Shown here one piece after another: positions 38,086 to 52,674 of a stretch of 64,000 nt of DNA. The notes beneath the pieces were generated by a model. That model was not told where the DNA came from. It searched no databases and saw only the letters and a program-made list of their open reading frames with translations. Position 1 is the stretch's first letter; every line of letters begins with the position of its first letter. Origin of the DNA: Carcharhinus longimanus (lineage: Eukaryota); NCBI GenBank assembly GCA_030264375.1, contig JASCQW010000072.1, positions 32,094,552 to 32,158,551 on the forward strand, written 5' to 3'. Both the position numbers and the translations under genes were made by a program.

Positions 38086-39687
38086 CTGAGAAAGAGCAGA
38101 AAAATGATAAGATTTCACATTGTTGAGAGGTCAAGTATAATAGGGGGGTGGGGGGACGCAGAGTTGGAACACATCTTAAATGCCGGGCAATTGAAACACA
38201 GTATTCAGTTTTGCAACTTTTTCCCAATATGTTATAATCACCATCAATACTGTTCACAGAGAGATAGTTCAGTAAAAAGTAAAATTGTTACATCTTTGTT
38301 CATTTTTTCAACACCTCCAGCCTCATCAATGTTATTTTGTGACTATCTGCCAAAAGTTAGCTAAGAGTGGGAAAGATTGATCCAACTCTCATGTGGCCAC
38401 AAGACTGGGAAATTCTAGGGCCTTGAAAGTCAATGGTGCCACAATAGCCTTCAGTGTTTGAGCTTCCAAAGTGGTAAGCAGGAAACATCTTCACCACATG
38501 GAAGTAGCTCACTCCCACCTCCTTAAGAGCAATTACATATGGTCAAAAAATGCTGGTCCCATTCCATTAATTAAGAAAAATTAAAATTCTGGAAGGCAAG
38601 CCTACATCCTGCCAGATGGTGGCGCAGCTCACTAGTAAATCAACATACCTTCCTTACATTGACTTATGGTATTCAAAGGGGTTGGTGGAGCCAATTTTCC
38701 AACATAGAAAGGAAGAGACATGTAATTCATTCCCAGTCTTCTGAAAATGGAGCAAAACAGTAGCCCCTGATGATTCACCCTCCTATTTTTCACTCAGCAT
38801 TTCTTATTCCTCAATATCACTGTACATGGTAAATTGTAAGCAAATACTTATACCTCATTGCTCAGTGCTTGCTTAGTGCAGAGTGACGCCAACAGTGCAA
38901 TTCCCATATGGCTGAAGTTGTTCATGAAGGCCCTGCTTTCTCAACCTTGCCCCTCACCTGAGGTGTGGTGATCCTCAGGTTAAATCTCCCCTTTGAAGGG
39001 GAGAGCTAACTGGTAGAGAGGATTCTGGAACCATGACGACTTTACACCCAATCATCCAGCAATTTGCCTTTATGATTCTTTTAATTAGTTTAAAGATCTT
39101 TTAAAACCTCCCAGTTGTTGGTTATGGCAATGAGTAGTTGATTCCCAAAGACCATAAAGGACCCAAGTTGATGACCTATTCCAGAAAGCCATTTGGTGAA
39201 GGAGAGAACTGGAGCCAAAGTTTACACACTGATGTTTATTTATAGAGTTTCACCTTTACCATTACGCACATCCTAACTACAGCTTTAGTCTGCTTATTTA
39301 TATGGGGCTCAAGAAAATCTCCAGTCAGTGCTCATGCGCATATAATTAAAATACAATTAATATAAAATCAGTATACTAACCATTAATCTCTGGTCTGTGN
39401 NNNNNNNNNCTGATTACCACCGGGTTACCACAAAAGGCCTCAGCATCAGTGGATAAGTAAAAGCGAGGGTAATCTGCAAGGGCTCCTTTCCTAATTGTTA
39501 ATCAGTGACCACTGCTAGAAATTGTGCTATGCTCATTGTGATCAGAATCAGATCAGCAGCATCTTGGTCAAACAGCTTTTGGACCATAGGATCACAGCTC
39601 ACCGTGGAGCTAGCCACCTGCAAGTGGTGGTACTCCAGCAGCTTATATAAAAAAAATTCAGATTATAAAAAAGAAAATGTCAATTAC

Positions 39688-39924
39688 CTTCACACTTCTG
39701 TTCATCAGACTGATCTTGGCAATTAGTCTCTCCATTGCATCTGAAGGCAGCGTCAATGCATTGTCCACTGGCACACTGGAACTGACTGTCCGAGCATACT
39801 GGACAATTTTGCTCATCACTTTGATCATCACACTCTGGATAGCCATCACAGCGCCAAGCTAAAGGAATACAATCAATCTCACCCGTGGCACAAGTGAAGT
39901 GATCTGGTGCACAAGTTGGTGGCT
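39688..39924 (-). CDS. LRP6: LRP6 exon 18 equivalent (LDLa repeats 1-2)
   Basis: [79 protein letters not shown]; 237 nt. Confidence 0.96.
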
Positions 39925-40017
39925 CTGGAAAAAAAAAGACCGATGGATGTTTTTACAAGTTGGAGAAAAAGGAAAATTAAGCAAGTTAAGCATACATCAA
40001 TTTTTTTAATGGGCCTA

Positions 40018-40209
<192 letters not shown>

Positions 40210-41077
40210 TTAATGAACCAGTTACAAATTTAGAGAGAAAAGCACCAATAATCTCAACAATGTTTCAAAGTTACCTATGCAAAGCATTTAAAACTTAAAA
40301 ATCTCCCTCCCATCTTTAACAAGATTTTTGATGTGATTCAACATGGTACTAATCAAAGCTGTGGATTATATATTTAAACAGTTAATAAGAACCTTTCCTG
40401 CATCACCTATCTTGGCTGTAAAACAAATGATTTTTTTTAATGTTGTAAAATCAGGTCATTATTTACATGTTCATGCTTGTTATGTTTTCTAATCACAGGT
40501 GTTATTAATCAGTACAAGTATGGGCATTGTACAGGAAAAAAATCACAAAGTAAAGGAATGGCTTGCTAAATATCCTGAAGGTGTCTGTATAATGACACAG
40601 TCAAATTATGTTTCATTTTTAAAAAAAATGCTGTTTTCAGGTGGATACAGAAAATAATGGTTTGTAGGGAAATGATTACAGTTTTGAATCATTCCTTGCA
40701 CACATTACTTTAACAATCTGACCTGGAATTGAGAAGGAGGTTATACTCAACTTTGGCCTGATTTTGTGCATCAGTTGTGACACCCATGGGCTGCCAGTTT
40801 AATCAGCAGGGTGCATGATGATATTCAGAGAGAAAGATGAAACAGTCTGATATTGCACTACAAGTCTATGAGTAATTATCCAGTCAGACACCAGAAAGTA
40901 ACATATTATTTAGTTTTAAACTGCCATGCCTTACGCAACCATAAAAAAACTCTAATCCACATGTTTGTTTGTTTTCAATTCCTTCTCCCTGAAAACAGAT
41001 GTATTTAAACAGATTTCTACTTGTATTTGTTTTTTTGGAACATGGAAGAGATATATCCAGCATTTATATTATCATAC

Positions 41078-41287
41078 CAAATTCCTTCAGATCAAGTTCT
41101 TTCACGGCATGAATGTCACTCAGCTGCGCTATACGGGCTTGAATCTTAGTGCGACTGTTGCCATTTGTCTTCTCAATCCTCTCAAGCATCTGCTGCTGTC
41201 TGTCAATCCAGTACAAATGGTTACCGAATATAGTCAGACCTACAGGTTGAAGTATATTGGCGTCTTCCAAAACAATTCGATTTGCAC
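41078..41287 (-). CDS. LRP6: LRP6 exon 16 equivalent (beta-propeller 4)
   Basis: [39 protein letters not shown]...[20 protein letters not shown]; 210 nt. Confidence 0.96.
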
Positions 41288-42312
41288 CTAAAAGCAAATT
41301 TAAAAGGTTTTGTAAGTCTACATAATGCTTTCTGCCTTAGGCTACTCTGCATAGCAGTGTTGTTGATTACAACAACCACTAACCACACATGGCTGACTGG
41401 GAAATCAAGACATAACTAATTGCATTAGTAAATCATGTGATTTCAATAATTGCACAAATGTAACCTTTTTACGTTGGTGAGGTACTAATACAGAAAAGCA
41501 GAATGATGTGTTTTCTGAATCTTTGAAGCAGCTTCTGGTCACCTGTATATATAGCTTGATGTCAGATTTTGTTTGATAACGCTCCTATTATGCTCCTTGG
41601 AACATCTTACTGTGTTAAAGGTACAATGGAAATACAGACGTTTCATGAGTGCTTTGCTTCCTCGGTTTCTGAACAATGATTAATGTTTGTTAATTAAATC
41701 AATGTGTAAAGTCCAAAGATGTACGGGTTAGGTTGATNNNNNNNNNNNNNNNNNNNNNNNNNNNNNNNNNNNNNNNNNNNNNNNNNNNNNNNNNNNNNNN
41801 NNNNNNNNNNNNNNNNNNNNNNNNNNNNNNNNNNNNNNNNNNNNNNNNNNNNNNNNNNNNNNNNATTTCTAAGCTAATTCTACAGATTTCCAGCAACATT
41901 TTTTTATTTGTTCCTCATGAGCACAGAAGAAATCCTGTAAACATTAACACATCTCGACATCATTAGACACTGCTAGAGATCAGTTGGACTGTTCCAGTGT
42001 CAGATAGGATTGCTACACCAGTGGAAAAATTTACATTGCAGAACAAAATGAAAATGTTACCCACCCAATTCACAAATAATTGTGACCAATGCCGATTTGG
42101 AGTGTTGCTACATGTTATATAGCATAATGCTCAAATATTTGCTGTGGCAAAGTAAACAAAAGAAAAATCATCTGGCACATGAGTTATACAATCTGGATTG
42201 TCAAGAATAGATTGCTGTAGGTAGTCCAAAGCACACAGGAAGGGAAAACATAACATTGTAAGAACTTGAAAAAGAGGAGCCTGGGGAAAATGGAAAGTGT
42301 GGAACGCATTTC

Positions 42313-42632
42313 AGGCAGCATGGTGGTACAGTGGTTAGCATTGCTGCCTCAGAGCACCAGGGGGCCCAGGTTCAATTCCAACCTCAGATCACTGTCCCTG
42401 GAGTTTGCATGTTCTCCCCGGTTTTGCGTGGGTTTCCTCCGGATTCTCCGGTTCCCTCCCACAGTCCAAAGGTGTGGGCTGGGTTGATTTGCCATGCTAA
42501 ATTGCCCCTTAGTGTCTGGTGAGTAGCAGGGTAAGTACTTGGGGTACAGGATAGGGCCTGGCAGGTTTGTTGTTGGTGCAGACTCAAGGTGGCCGAATGG
42601 CCTCCTTCTGTACTGTAGGGATTCTATGATTT
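42313..42632 (+). mobile_element. HE1-like tRNA-derived SINE in an LRP6 intron
   Basis: Collinear with 20119-20449. Partial copies also at ~19190-19406 (minus) and 22506-22670. Confidence 0.88.
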
Positions 42633-42821
42633 TTCTAATGATTTCGAATAATCATCCTCATTGTGTAGTCATTGTGCAGTCAAATTGTGATTAATCAGAA
42701 ACAAAAAGACTATGCTTGCAACAACAGCACTTCACAGATGATTTAAAATGGTATTTTCCTTCCCTTCCTCCCCCTGCCTCCTTCTTGAAGCCCTTCCAAA
42801 ATATTGTTTTTCGCCTTCTAC

Positions 42822-43012
42822 CTGATAAGTCACTGCTCTCTATGCGACGGAGATCAGAGTCAGCCCAGAAGAGTTTGCCAAGTTTGTTGTCGATAGCGAG
42901 TGCAACTGGTTTACTTAGCCCACTGAAGAACAGAACTTCACGCTCTGTACCATCCAATGCAGCACGCTCTATTCTTGGTGATCTATCTTGAAGGTTAGTG
43001 AAATACATGTAC
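42822..43012 (-). CDS. LRP6: LRP6 exon 15 equivalent (beta-propeller 4)
   Basis: [64 protein letters not shown]; 191 nt. Confidence 0.96.
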
Positions 43013-43138
43013 CTACAGGATTTTGTTTGATAGAAGGAAAGAAGAAAACAATAATTTAATATCAAACTTGCCAAAGTCACCCCTGACAAAAGCTTCATCA
43101 ACAACATCTCAGAATCAAATGCCAAATTTAAGTTATAC

Positions 43139-43350
43139 CCCCGCTCTGGATTCACGATAATTGCCCTTGGTCTGTCTTGTTCTCCTCTCAGAACCACGCC
43201 TATTGGTTTGCCATCCAGCCTTGTGACGTTTATAACATTAGTCGCTTCGCAGGTCCAAAAGATGTAACGACTGTAGATATCAATACTGAGGTCATAAGGC
43301 TGCATGTCCAAGTTTTGATTGGGAATTGCACTGGTCACAACTGTAAAACT
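43139..43350 (-). CDS. LRP6: LRP6 exon 14 equivalent (beta-propeller 4)
   Basis: [71 protein letters not shown]; 212 nt; donor GG|gtataa. Confidence 0.95.
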
Positions 43351-43798
43351 CTGCAGTGAAAGTAAACAACTAAATAATGGCAGCTCATTCACAACCATAA
43401 TCTTTCAAAAAATAAAACAATTAGGTTAAAAAGGGATTAATAATTACAAAATTATATTGGAATAAGAATTTCTAAGCAATATGGCTAATTTAACTTTAGT
43501 CTTAAGTTTTTGAAATAGGTCGCCCATTTTATGTACTCTTCTTTCAGCACAATCTGAGCAGTATCAACCACGGATTTATAAAATGGAAATGTTCTTGGGA
43601 GACCCTAACGAATAAACTAATTATTTCAAATGGCGGTAATGCTATTTGTAATAGATCACAATAGGAAAACAGCGTATTAACCAATTGTTATTCTTTTCTC
43701 CTAGTGTTTGAAAGAAAGGAAGAAATCCAAATACTGGGTTAATGCATGCGGCTCAAGACAGAAATATTTTTGTCTGGGCTCCCCCTATTAACACAAAC

Positions 43799-44001
43799 CT
43801 GAGTTCCATCCTCCTGTGCTCTCCTGATAACATTTTGGCGAGAGTCGATCCAGTACAAATGTTTATCTACAGGATCATAATCAATGGCCCTGACGTTTCT
43901 CAGACTATGAATGGGAAGAATGATATCGGGACTCTGTTGTTCATCAATAACCATTCGATTAATTGCATTCTTTTGGCTGAAGAGTAGAAATGAAGTTGGA
44001 G
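43799..44001 (-). CDS. LRP6: LRP6 exon 13 equivalent
   Basis: [67 protein letters not shown]; 203 nt. Confidence 0.96.
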
Positions 44002-44574
44002 CTGCAAGATGATAATATCACTTTGTTAGGCTGGACTAGCTACTAAAAAACTTCAGTAAAGAATAATAATCAACTGCTTGAACTACCAAATTTGATGAAA
44101 ATCTATGAAAAATGTTAAAGCAAGTTTCTTACAGGCTTAGTTCTAAAATTAGATTATTTTCCAAACGACCACATGCAAATCGTCACCTTGTTCACTATGC
44201 ATAAATCCTGCAATTCGTAACAATAAATGTAACTTATAACTTACAACTGTGAGGAATCTTCTAACCATGTGCAAGATGCAATAGTTTTAAAATATAACTG
44301 CTTTAGTAGACGGAAAGAAACCAGAGTTTTTAAATGTACGTTTTTATCTTTTACTTTCCATTTTCAAAGAACATGCATATTTGGAAATGCATTTGTCAGT
44401 TTTGCTGTGAGCCGGCAGTCTGGTTAAGATGAGAAATTTAATGTCACTGCTTCCCTCTCCCCATTGCTATAGTGTCCCATTACAGAGTGCCACTTCACCA
44501 CTTCTGAAAATTGCTTTGAAAGCACATGCCTTATAATGAAACTGCCAAGTTTAAGAGACAATAAGATTTCTTAC

Positions 44575-44901
44575 GGCTACAGGTTTTGTTGTCCACGTTC
44601 AAGTAGTAGTGAGCAGGGCAGCCACAAACATAACCAACAGTTGGCATAGCTAAACACAAATGAGAACAATGTCCGTTGCTTGAGGCACACTCATTCCAAC
44701 CACCTTGCCTTGAAGAATGAAATACTAGTATGTCCATTACATAATCTAAGTGGCCTTGAATAATTGTGCGATTTTGGCCACTAGTTTTGTTGGCTCGTTC
44801 AATACTGCGGCGGCTCCAGTCTGTCCAATAAATATAGTCCTGGTATTGGGTTAAACCAAATGGGTGAGGCAAGTCATCTGCAATAACTTCACGGTCCAGA
44901 C
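44575..44901 (-). CDS. LRP6: LRP6 exon 12 equivalent (end of propeller 3, EGF-like 3)
   Basis: [41 protein letters not shown]...[14 protein letters not shown]...KTCS; 327 nt. Confidence 0.96.
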
Positions 44902-45640
44902 CTACAAGACAACCAGTTATCATCATATCAGGCAGTTTATTTTTCAGGTCAAACACTTTACAGTGCAATTGCTCATTTTTATATATGTTGTCAATTAAAC
45001 CAAACCACTGAATACACAGATAATAGCTGTGTGCTGCCTATAATTTGTAAAAACATTTTCCTCAATTCCCTCCTCAATATGACAGAAACTATGGGCTGGG
45101 ATTCGCCCCAAGAGCCCAATGGGTGAGGAAACAAGGGAATTTGCCACCCTTTACCTGAACGAATCTCCAATACGCTAATGCACAGAGTGGCCGAGACTCA
45201 CACCAGGAAGGGGGAAGGGCTCATTCCGCTATCATCATAGTTCAGAGGGCACCTATGTATATGCACTGATCTGTCAGTGGAGAGATCAGCACATGCACGC
45301 TTACTCCTCCACACACCCCATCCCACCCCCCCACGAGGCCCCAGTGGCCTCTGTCCCCACCAGAGAGGTGAGTACGCCTGTTACGTGTTGGTGGGGAGAA
45401 GTTGTAAACCCCGCTGGTAGGGACTTCTTCCAACCAAGGATGGGGTGGGAGTTTGGAATTGCTAGCTAACCATATTGAAATAACGATTTTAACATGCAAA
45501 TCACCTCCACGATGATTTCCAGCATGGGGCTTATTACGCAAAAAAAAAACATCACCCCCCCCCGCCCAAAACTTCTCCTGGCCTGTTCCTGGAAGAATTC
45601 CTGCCGTAGAATGAAACCAATATTGAATTCAAGAAAGTCA

Positions 45641-45952
<312 letters not shown>

Positions 45953-47232
45953 TTAGGACAAAATAAAACATTGGCATTACAGTGCAATGTGAGGGTACTG
46001 CTGGCCAAGTACAGATCCTACCCATTGCTACATTGGTGAAGCTTGGTGCTTCTGCCAAGGGAGGCAGGAAAACAATTTCATAATGGCAACTGAGTCATCC
46101 TTGCCCACTTTTCCATTCATCCCATCAGCCAAATATAGCCAAGTACTGGTAAGGAGAGCAGGTCACCGTTACAACCTGGAAAGGATGCTGGATATGGGAA
46201 CTTAACTTAAAGGATATTTAAAACTTCATATTGCTCGCTGTATCTTATACATCTGAAATTCTCAAACTGGGATCTGTGAATCCCTGGGGATCTGCGGAGA
46301 CTTCACAGGGAGTCCTGCCAAGCAGGGTTGGTCTTGTAGGTGGGGCAACCACCCAAAGCATAGGGGTTAGCATTCCGAACTCACCTTGCCACCACAAAGG
46401 ACTATCTCCTGCTACTTAAGACATTGAACTTTTGGTTAAAAGCCTCATGCAGAGTGGTACGGCAAATGTTAACCAGGTCTGCTATCATTTGCATTGGCGA
46501 ATTTTCACTTAGGGAGATGCACAAAGCTGTCAAACTAGTCTCAGACTACCCTTTAACCAATCTCCCAGAGTTCTACTAGATGTTTTACTAGATGGAATAA
46601 ACAAAGCTCCATTTTTAATTAGATTAGATTTTTGTCTGTGTTTTGAGGAAATCTCATTCTACAATTCTATTCACCTTTCCTGAAAAATACAAGAAACATT
46701 AGTTTTTATGTCAAATGATTTACAAGCTTCATTGTCAAAGATCACACCAAGGATAGGAAGACTCTGCAGTGACAAGCAATTATGTAAAAAAATACCCTTT
46801 TCATGCAGCACTTTTTATATTAATACTATAAGATGCAAGGTCCTTGATCACCAATTTGGCAAGACAGCCTTCAACATGAAAAACCTTAGAATCGTTGCCT
46901 TACGTGGCAACTTTGTACATAAACTGCTCTCACCACTAGCAATACGTGAAAACTTTACTGTAATTACCATAGTAATTTTGCATTACTAAGGAGGTCAAAT
47001 TATTTTTTAAAAAAACTGTAGTGGTTATATAAAGTTCATCTTTTCAAAGTCAATATTCAATTTCCAGATATAACAAATCTAAGCTGAAGTTAATTCTCCA
47101 GGCAGAAACGCTTTGAGATAGGCTGGACTAATTGATCATCAATGTTAATGAAGTGACTTTTGGGCACCTTCAGGAAAACTCGATTTTACTTCAAAGCTAG
47201 GAGAATGCCACTGAACAGTTCTGCTGACTTAC

Positions 47233-47459
47233 CCTTGGGCAGGATCCAATGCCAAAGCTCTGGGGCTGTCCAGATCCTTCCACACCAGTACTTGCCTATG
47301 CTGTCCATCCAGCCTCGCAACTTCAATTCGATTGGTTCCTGTATCAGCCCAGTACAAGTTCTTTCCCAACCAGTCTACTGCCATTCCTTCGGGGTAATCA
47401 AGCCCAAATTCTACAACATGCTCCAGGGAACTCCCATTCATGAAAGCCCTGCTAATGGT
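47233..47459 (-). CDS. LRP6: LRP6 exon 10 equivalent (propeller 3)
   Basis: [76 protein letters not shown]; 227 nt. Confidence 0.96.
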
Positions 47460-48204
47460 CTGCAAAGTAGAACAAGAGATGTACAATATATTTGCTTCAA
47501 TGTATCTAGGATCTGAAAGACAATGAGGGGCTGTTTATCTTTGCTATCTGTTTCTTGGTATTTATACTGTGGTGATGACAATCATATCAATTTTACTTTC
47601 CTCTGAATATTACTTTCATCTGCAGAGATATACTTTGACTTTAAAAATAAAGGTCTACTTCTATGCATCAAGGAAAATATACGAAGTAACATGTTAATAT
47701 TGTTGTCTTCCTATCTTCAGAATCATATATTTTCAGTCTAAATTTGGTCAGTCACCAATGGGTTAAAATGTGCTTAAATAACTGGTGTTGACTTTATATC
47801 AGCATAATAATCAGGTTCACATTCACCCTCCAAGCAAGTCAGACTAATTACAGAGAAGTATGTATCTTTAAAGTAATCAAAATTACTGGATCCATCATCT
47901 TTTACGTCATGGATTTTAATTACTAAAAACTGCTTGTGATGCATTGCATTATAAATGAATTGAAACATTTAAGTAAGAGAGAGCGTGTTTTTATTTTTCC
48001 CTTCTCATTTGAGTTATAGCAATAACTGTTCTTTAGAAACAATGCACAAATATTCAACTGCACTATCCAGGCTCATGGCTTTCTTTCCCAGTGTGTTAGA
48101 AGTACAGGTTATTTTTATACTGAGGCTGCAATTATTATTCCAGCAGCATCCTGCGGGAGCCCATTAGCCCTGGCAGCTCAGAGAGACACACAGATACCAG
48201 AGAA

Positions 48205-48222
48205 GCAGCAGCAGCAGCAGCA
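48205..48222 (+). repeat. (GCA)6 microsatellite just inside the LRP6 intron following exon 9
   Basis: gcagcagcagcagcagca. Confidence 0.85.
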
Positions 48223-48232
48223 AGGCTTTTCA

Positions 48233-48775
<543 letters not shown>

Positions 48776-49063
48776 TTAAAGTACTGTTTTGAAGTAAAAT
48801 GGGTTGCTCCCTAGAAAATTACCCCTTGGATGAGCCCTCAAGGTTAAGTGAATGATAACAGTTTCTCTCTAGTTCCCAAGCATTTCCCAATAGCACAATT
48901 AAGAAAGGCCTGTCTACTGAAATTTCCATGGAGAACTCAACACTGCTTCTTAGCAGCAACACGTGTTCCATTCAGTCCCTTTTATCCAGCGTGGAAACAT
49001 CAAGAACAAAAAAAATGGTCTTTTTAAAAAAATGTTGGATTGGCCATTAGGGTCTTTACTCAC

Positions 49064-49280
49064 CCAAGATCCGATGAACATTTGTGGCCTTTAAGCCCAT
49101 CAGATCAGGCAGCTGGTCAATGATTATCTGTCGCTCAGCAGATGTTTTGTCAACACGTTCAATGCTGCGGCGCTGCCAGTCTGTCCAGTAAATGTAATTG
49201 CCCAACAGAGTAAAACCAAAGATGTGCGGTAATTTATCCTCAACAAGGACACGCCTACCAGTGCCATCACAATTCATTAC
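49064..49280 (-). CDS. LRP6: LRP6 exon 8 equivalent (propeller 2); upstream exons lie beyond the window end
   Basis: [73 protein letters not shown]; 217 nt; no further YWTD exon seen in 49281-64000. Confidence 0.96.
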
Positions 49281-50739
49281 CTATTTTACACAAAAAAAGA
49301 CAAAATGTGCATTGAACAATAAAGTACATAACTATCAAGGGCACAGTTTTATTAGTGATGGTGTTTAAATTACAAATGGTAAGTGTTGCAAGTTAGTTCC
49401 CCTTTTCATCCACCTGATACGAGGACGACATTAAACAATGATCAAAATATTTCTGGAAAGTTAACGAATCTTCCTCCACACACGGGTAGGAGAATACTTG
49501 ATATCTTACAGACGGTGCTTAATGAGTTAAGCATTAGGCTGTGAAACAAAACCTTAAAGGCGGTAATCTCTATTGCTTCCACTGATAGGTTAAGGAGCGA
49601 AAGATTAGGAAAGTTAACTTACGGCTGCAGGGCTCAAGCAGGACAGCTGGGTTTTAGATATCAGTTTTTAGATAGCAAAGTAGACATTAGAAAAATGTGG
49701 AATAATTACGATAGGTAAATATACCTATTTGGTTTTGAAAATTGAACAGGCCTCAAGATGGATAAGTCATTGGGTCCTAATGACGAGTACTTTTAAAGAA
49801 ATCAGAAAAAAGAAAGGCTTGTGTATTGTATCAGAGCTGCATTATACCGTAGAGTTAGCACAGCCTTCTTGTTCAAGGAAGGAGAGCTGGCCAAATGAGC
49901 TAACCATCAACCTGTTAACATAATACAAGTTGTGAGTAGTTTGAGAGTTTATAATTAAAGACCAATTAGTAAGTAGTATTCAAAGATCAGCCTAGATTTG
50001 TTAAAAGTCTGGTCAGGTACAGTAAATGAGTTTTTTCTTAAGATGTAACTAATGAGATAAGATACAGGGAATGCAGTAGATGTAGGTGTCTATGGATTTT
50101 CAGAAGGCCAGTAGTACAAATTCTCACAAGAAGCATGTTTACTGATACAGTCTAAATTGTCTTTTGGCTATTTCTGTACAGAAAAGGCTTGAATATAGAT
50201 TTCAACAAGTATTCCAAGCAAAAACTATTCAGAGTACTGGACAGATTGGCGAATGAGTATTTAAAAAGTACAGGAAAGGCAGCTGTTTTGCCTGGATTCC
50301 AAACAATAGCCAGCATGCTAACAATGTCTCGCCATTCAGGAAGATGCCAAGCACCTTAGTGTAACCAAACTCTTTCAATCTTGACTAGCTTGTGTAGCAA
50401 CATTTGGAAAAATCAGGACACTGACAAACAGCAAGGGAGAAGCCTCTTTCCTGATCAGAAAAAAAGTTGTGGTTTTATGTTAAGAGTCCAAAGTGGGCTC
50501 ATAGATACCACTTTTTATTTTGTAACAGTTGAAACGATTGTACCAATTGGTTCTCATCATGCTTCTTTGTTCTGTATATGTTGCTTACTGTGGAATAAAG
50601 CTACCAATTATTGAAACAAAATCAACCCGAATGCTCCCTGATCTTTTGTAGATACATGGGAATTTACTATGGTAGGAAGGCATCAGAGTGCTTAAGGGAG
50701 TGATTGAGACCACAGAACACAAGGAGCTATTGATAATTG

Positions 50740-51850
50740 CCTTCTTCTTAGGCAGTCCCTCAACCCCAAGGATGACTTAGTTTCCCCCAGTTGAAGATGG
50801 CTGTTTGGTCTAATGAGCAAACGGCATATTGCCACATGTGCCTGAAGGGTTCGAGAGGTGAATTGTATGGAAAACTGCACTTTCTTGATGCCAACTCTTG
50901 ATTGGTTTGCTGCCTTCCTCCAGTGAATATTCTCCATTTTCTTGTTAAGCCTGGGAGACACCTTTGAGTCAGTGTGGCTGTCTGATCTTTTCAGGAATGA
51001 TGAAAGTACATCTCTAAAACATTTCCACTCTCCTCCTGGAGTAGAATAATTGCTTCAGGAGTCTGGTGGCATGCATACAAATGACACGTTCCATTCAGCA
51101 GAACTATTTTTGAGTTAAATGCGCCATGATCTGGGCATGTTGCCATTGGAGAGGACCTATTCCACCACCTTGCTTTCCACTAAATTTGGAGAATTTTGCA
51201 AAGTTAGCACTGGTGGTACTTCTCCAGCATTTTTAAGTGCCTGCTGTAGCTTGGCCAAGTCTCCATGGCATCATAGGGTGTGGGGGCCACTGCTGCCCAG
51301 TAAACCACAACCCTAGTCTTTGGTTTGCGATCACAATCCTCAAATATTCTTTTCCTCAGTGGGCTGAAGGTTGAGCTGGCATATTGGAAGCAATTATGAA
51401 TTTTGTCATTTATGGCAGCTCCCGAGATATGGAAAGTGGTCCACATTTTCCACAATCTCATCACTGATCTTAATAGATTGGTGGTGAGAGAAGAGCGTGC
51501 GCATGAGAGCACGCGGGCACGGGGAGGGGGAGCAGAGAAGTCTCCTTGCAACAGGCAGCAAGGAGACTTCTCTGTAGTTACAGCAATCAAGTTTGTCTCC
51601 ATTTTTGAATACTGTCATAATCACAGCTTCCCTGAGATCTCACGGCATGCACTCCCCTTCCCAGATGAGAGATACGTGAGGTTGTGTCACCACACTAGAA
51701 TTGTTTTAAGAGTTGTGGCAGGAATTCCATCTGCTCCACAGATGGAATTTTTAATTATTTTTCAGCTATTGAATGGTATTTTCAAGTTTGCTCCGTTGGG
51801 TTACAGAGGAATCAAGTTGAGGACATTCAAGTTGAAGACCTTACCAGAAT
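50740..51850 (-). mobile_element. RTE-type LINE, internally deleted
   Basis: FKNGDKLDCCNYREVSLL and IKISDEIVENVDHFPYLGS motifs; 3' end gggactgcctaagaagaag. Confidence 0.8.
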
Positions 51851-52674
51851 TTTACCCTCCTGCCCGCCATGGGATTTGGAGTGGGCAAAATGTGGACAAT
51901 GGGAAGATCCATTGACTAGGGGTGGGATTTCATGGTTGTGGGATGAGCGAGGCCGTAAAATTCCACCTACAATCTCAGTTCAGGAGTTCTTCAAAATGAA
52001 CCAACTGCCTCTTGTCCTTGATGAGCTCCCTTCCATGCCTGCCTCTGTGGGTGGGCCATTGAGTGCTTTATCCATAGATTGTCTTGACAGTGCTGAAAAA
52101 GCCACACATGTTGTTGGTGTTTGGGAGTTGCTGGAATTCCCACATTCTTTCTATCCACCATTTGTTCTTATATGTACTGTGACCTTCAGGTGCCTGTAAG
52201 ACTGCTGATTTTCTCTGGAAAATCTATGGCACATCTGACTTTGTAACAGCAAGAGGATAAAACATTACAACACAAATCAAAAGAGAGAGATTTAGAATAA
52301 ATGACTGTAGATGAGGGTGATAAAGCATTGAAAATGATCTAATTGAAGGATAGGTCCATATGTTTTCTGTCATATTTGAAGATGGGTTGGACTTGGTTGG
52401 AAGACACAACCTCAAACTTTGAACGCAGAAGTACAAGGGTTTGAAAATCAATGAGCAGACCAGTAAAATGCTTTAAGAATATGTAGTCAGGCTAGTTCAA
52501 CAGGCAGCTGCAATTTAATATAGATAACAAGAAGCAGGACACTCAGGGAAGAGACGAGAAGGACACTTAAAACCCTGCAAAGCAGCGAGACAAAGGGGCT
52601 CATTATATATCTGTCTGAAATCAAAAACATTGGTAATCAAAAGCTAAGAAAATGCCCATAGAGATTGTGATTTT

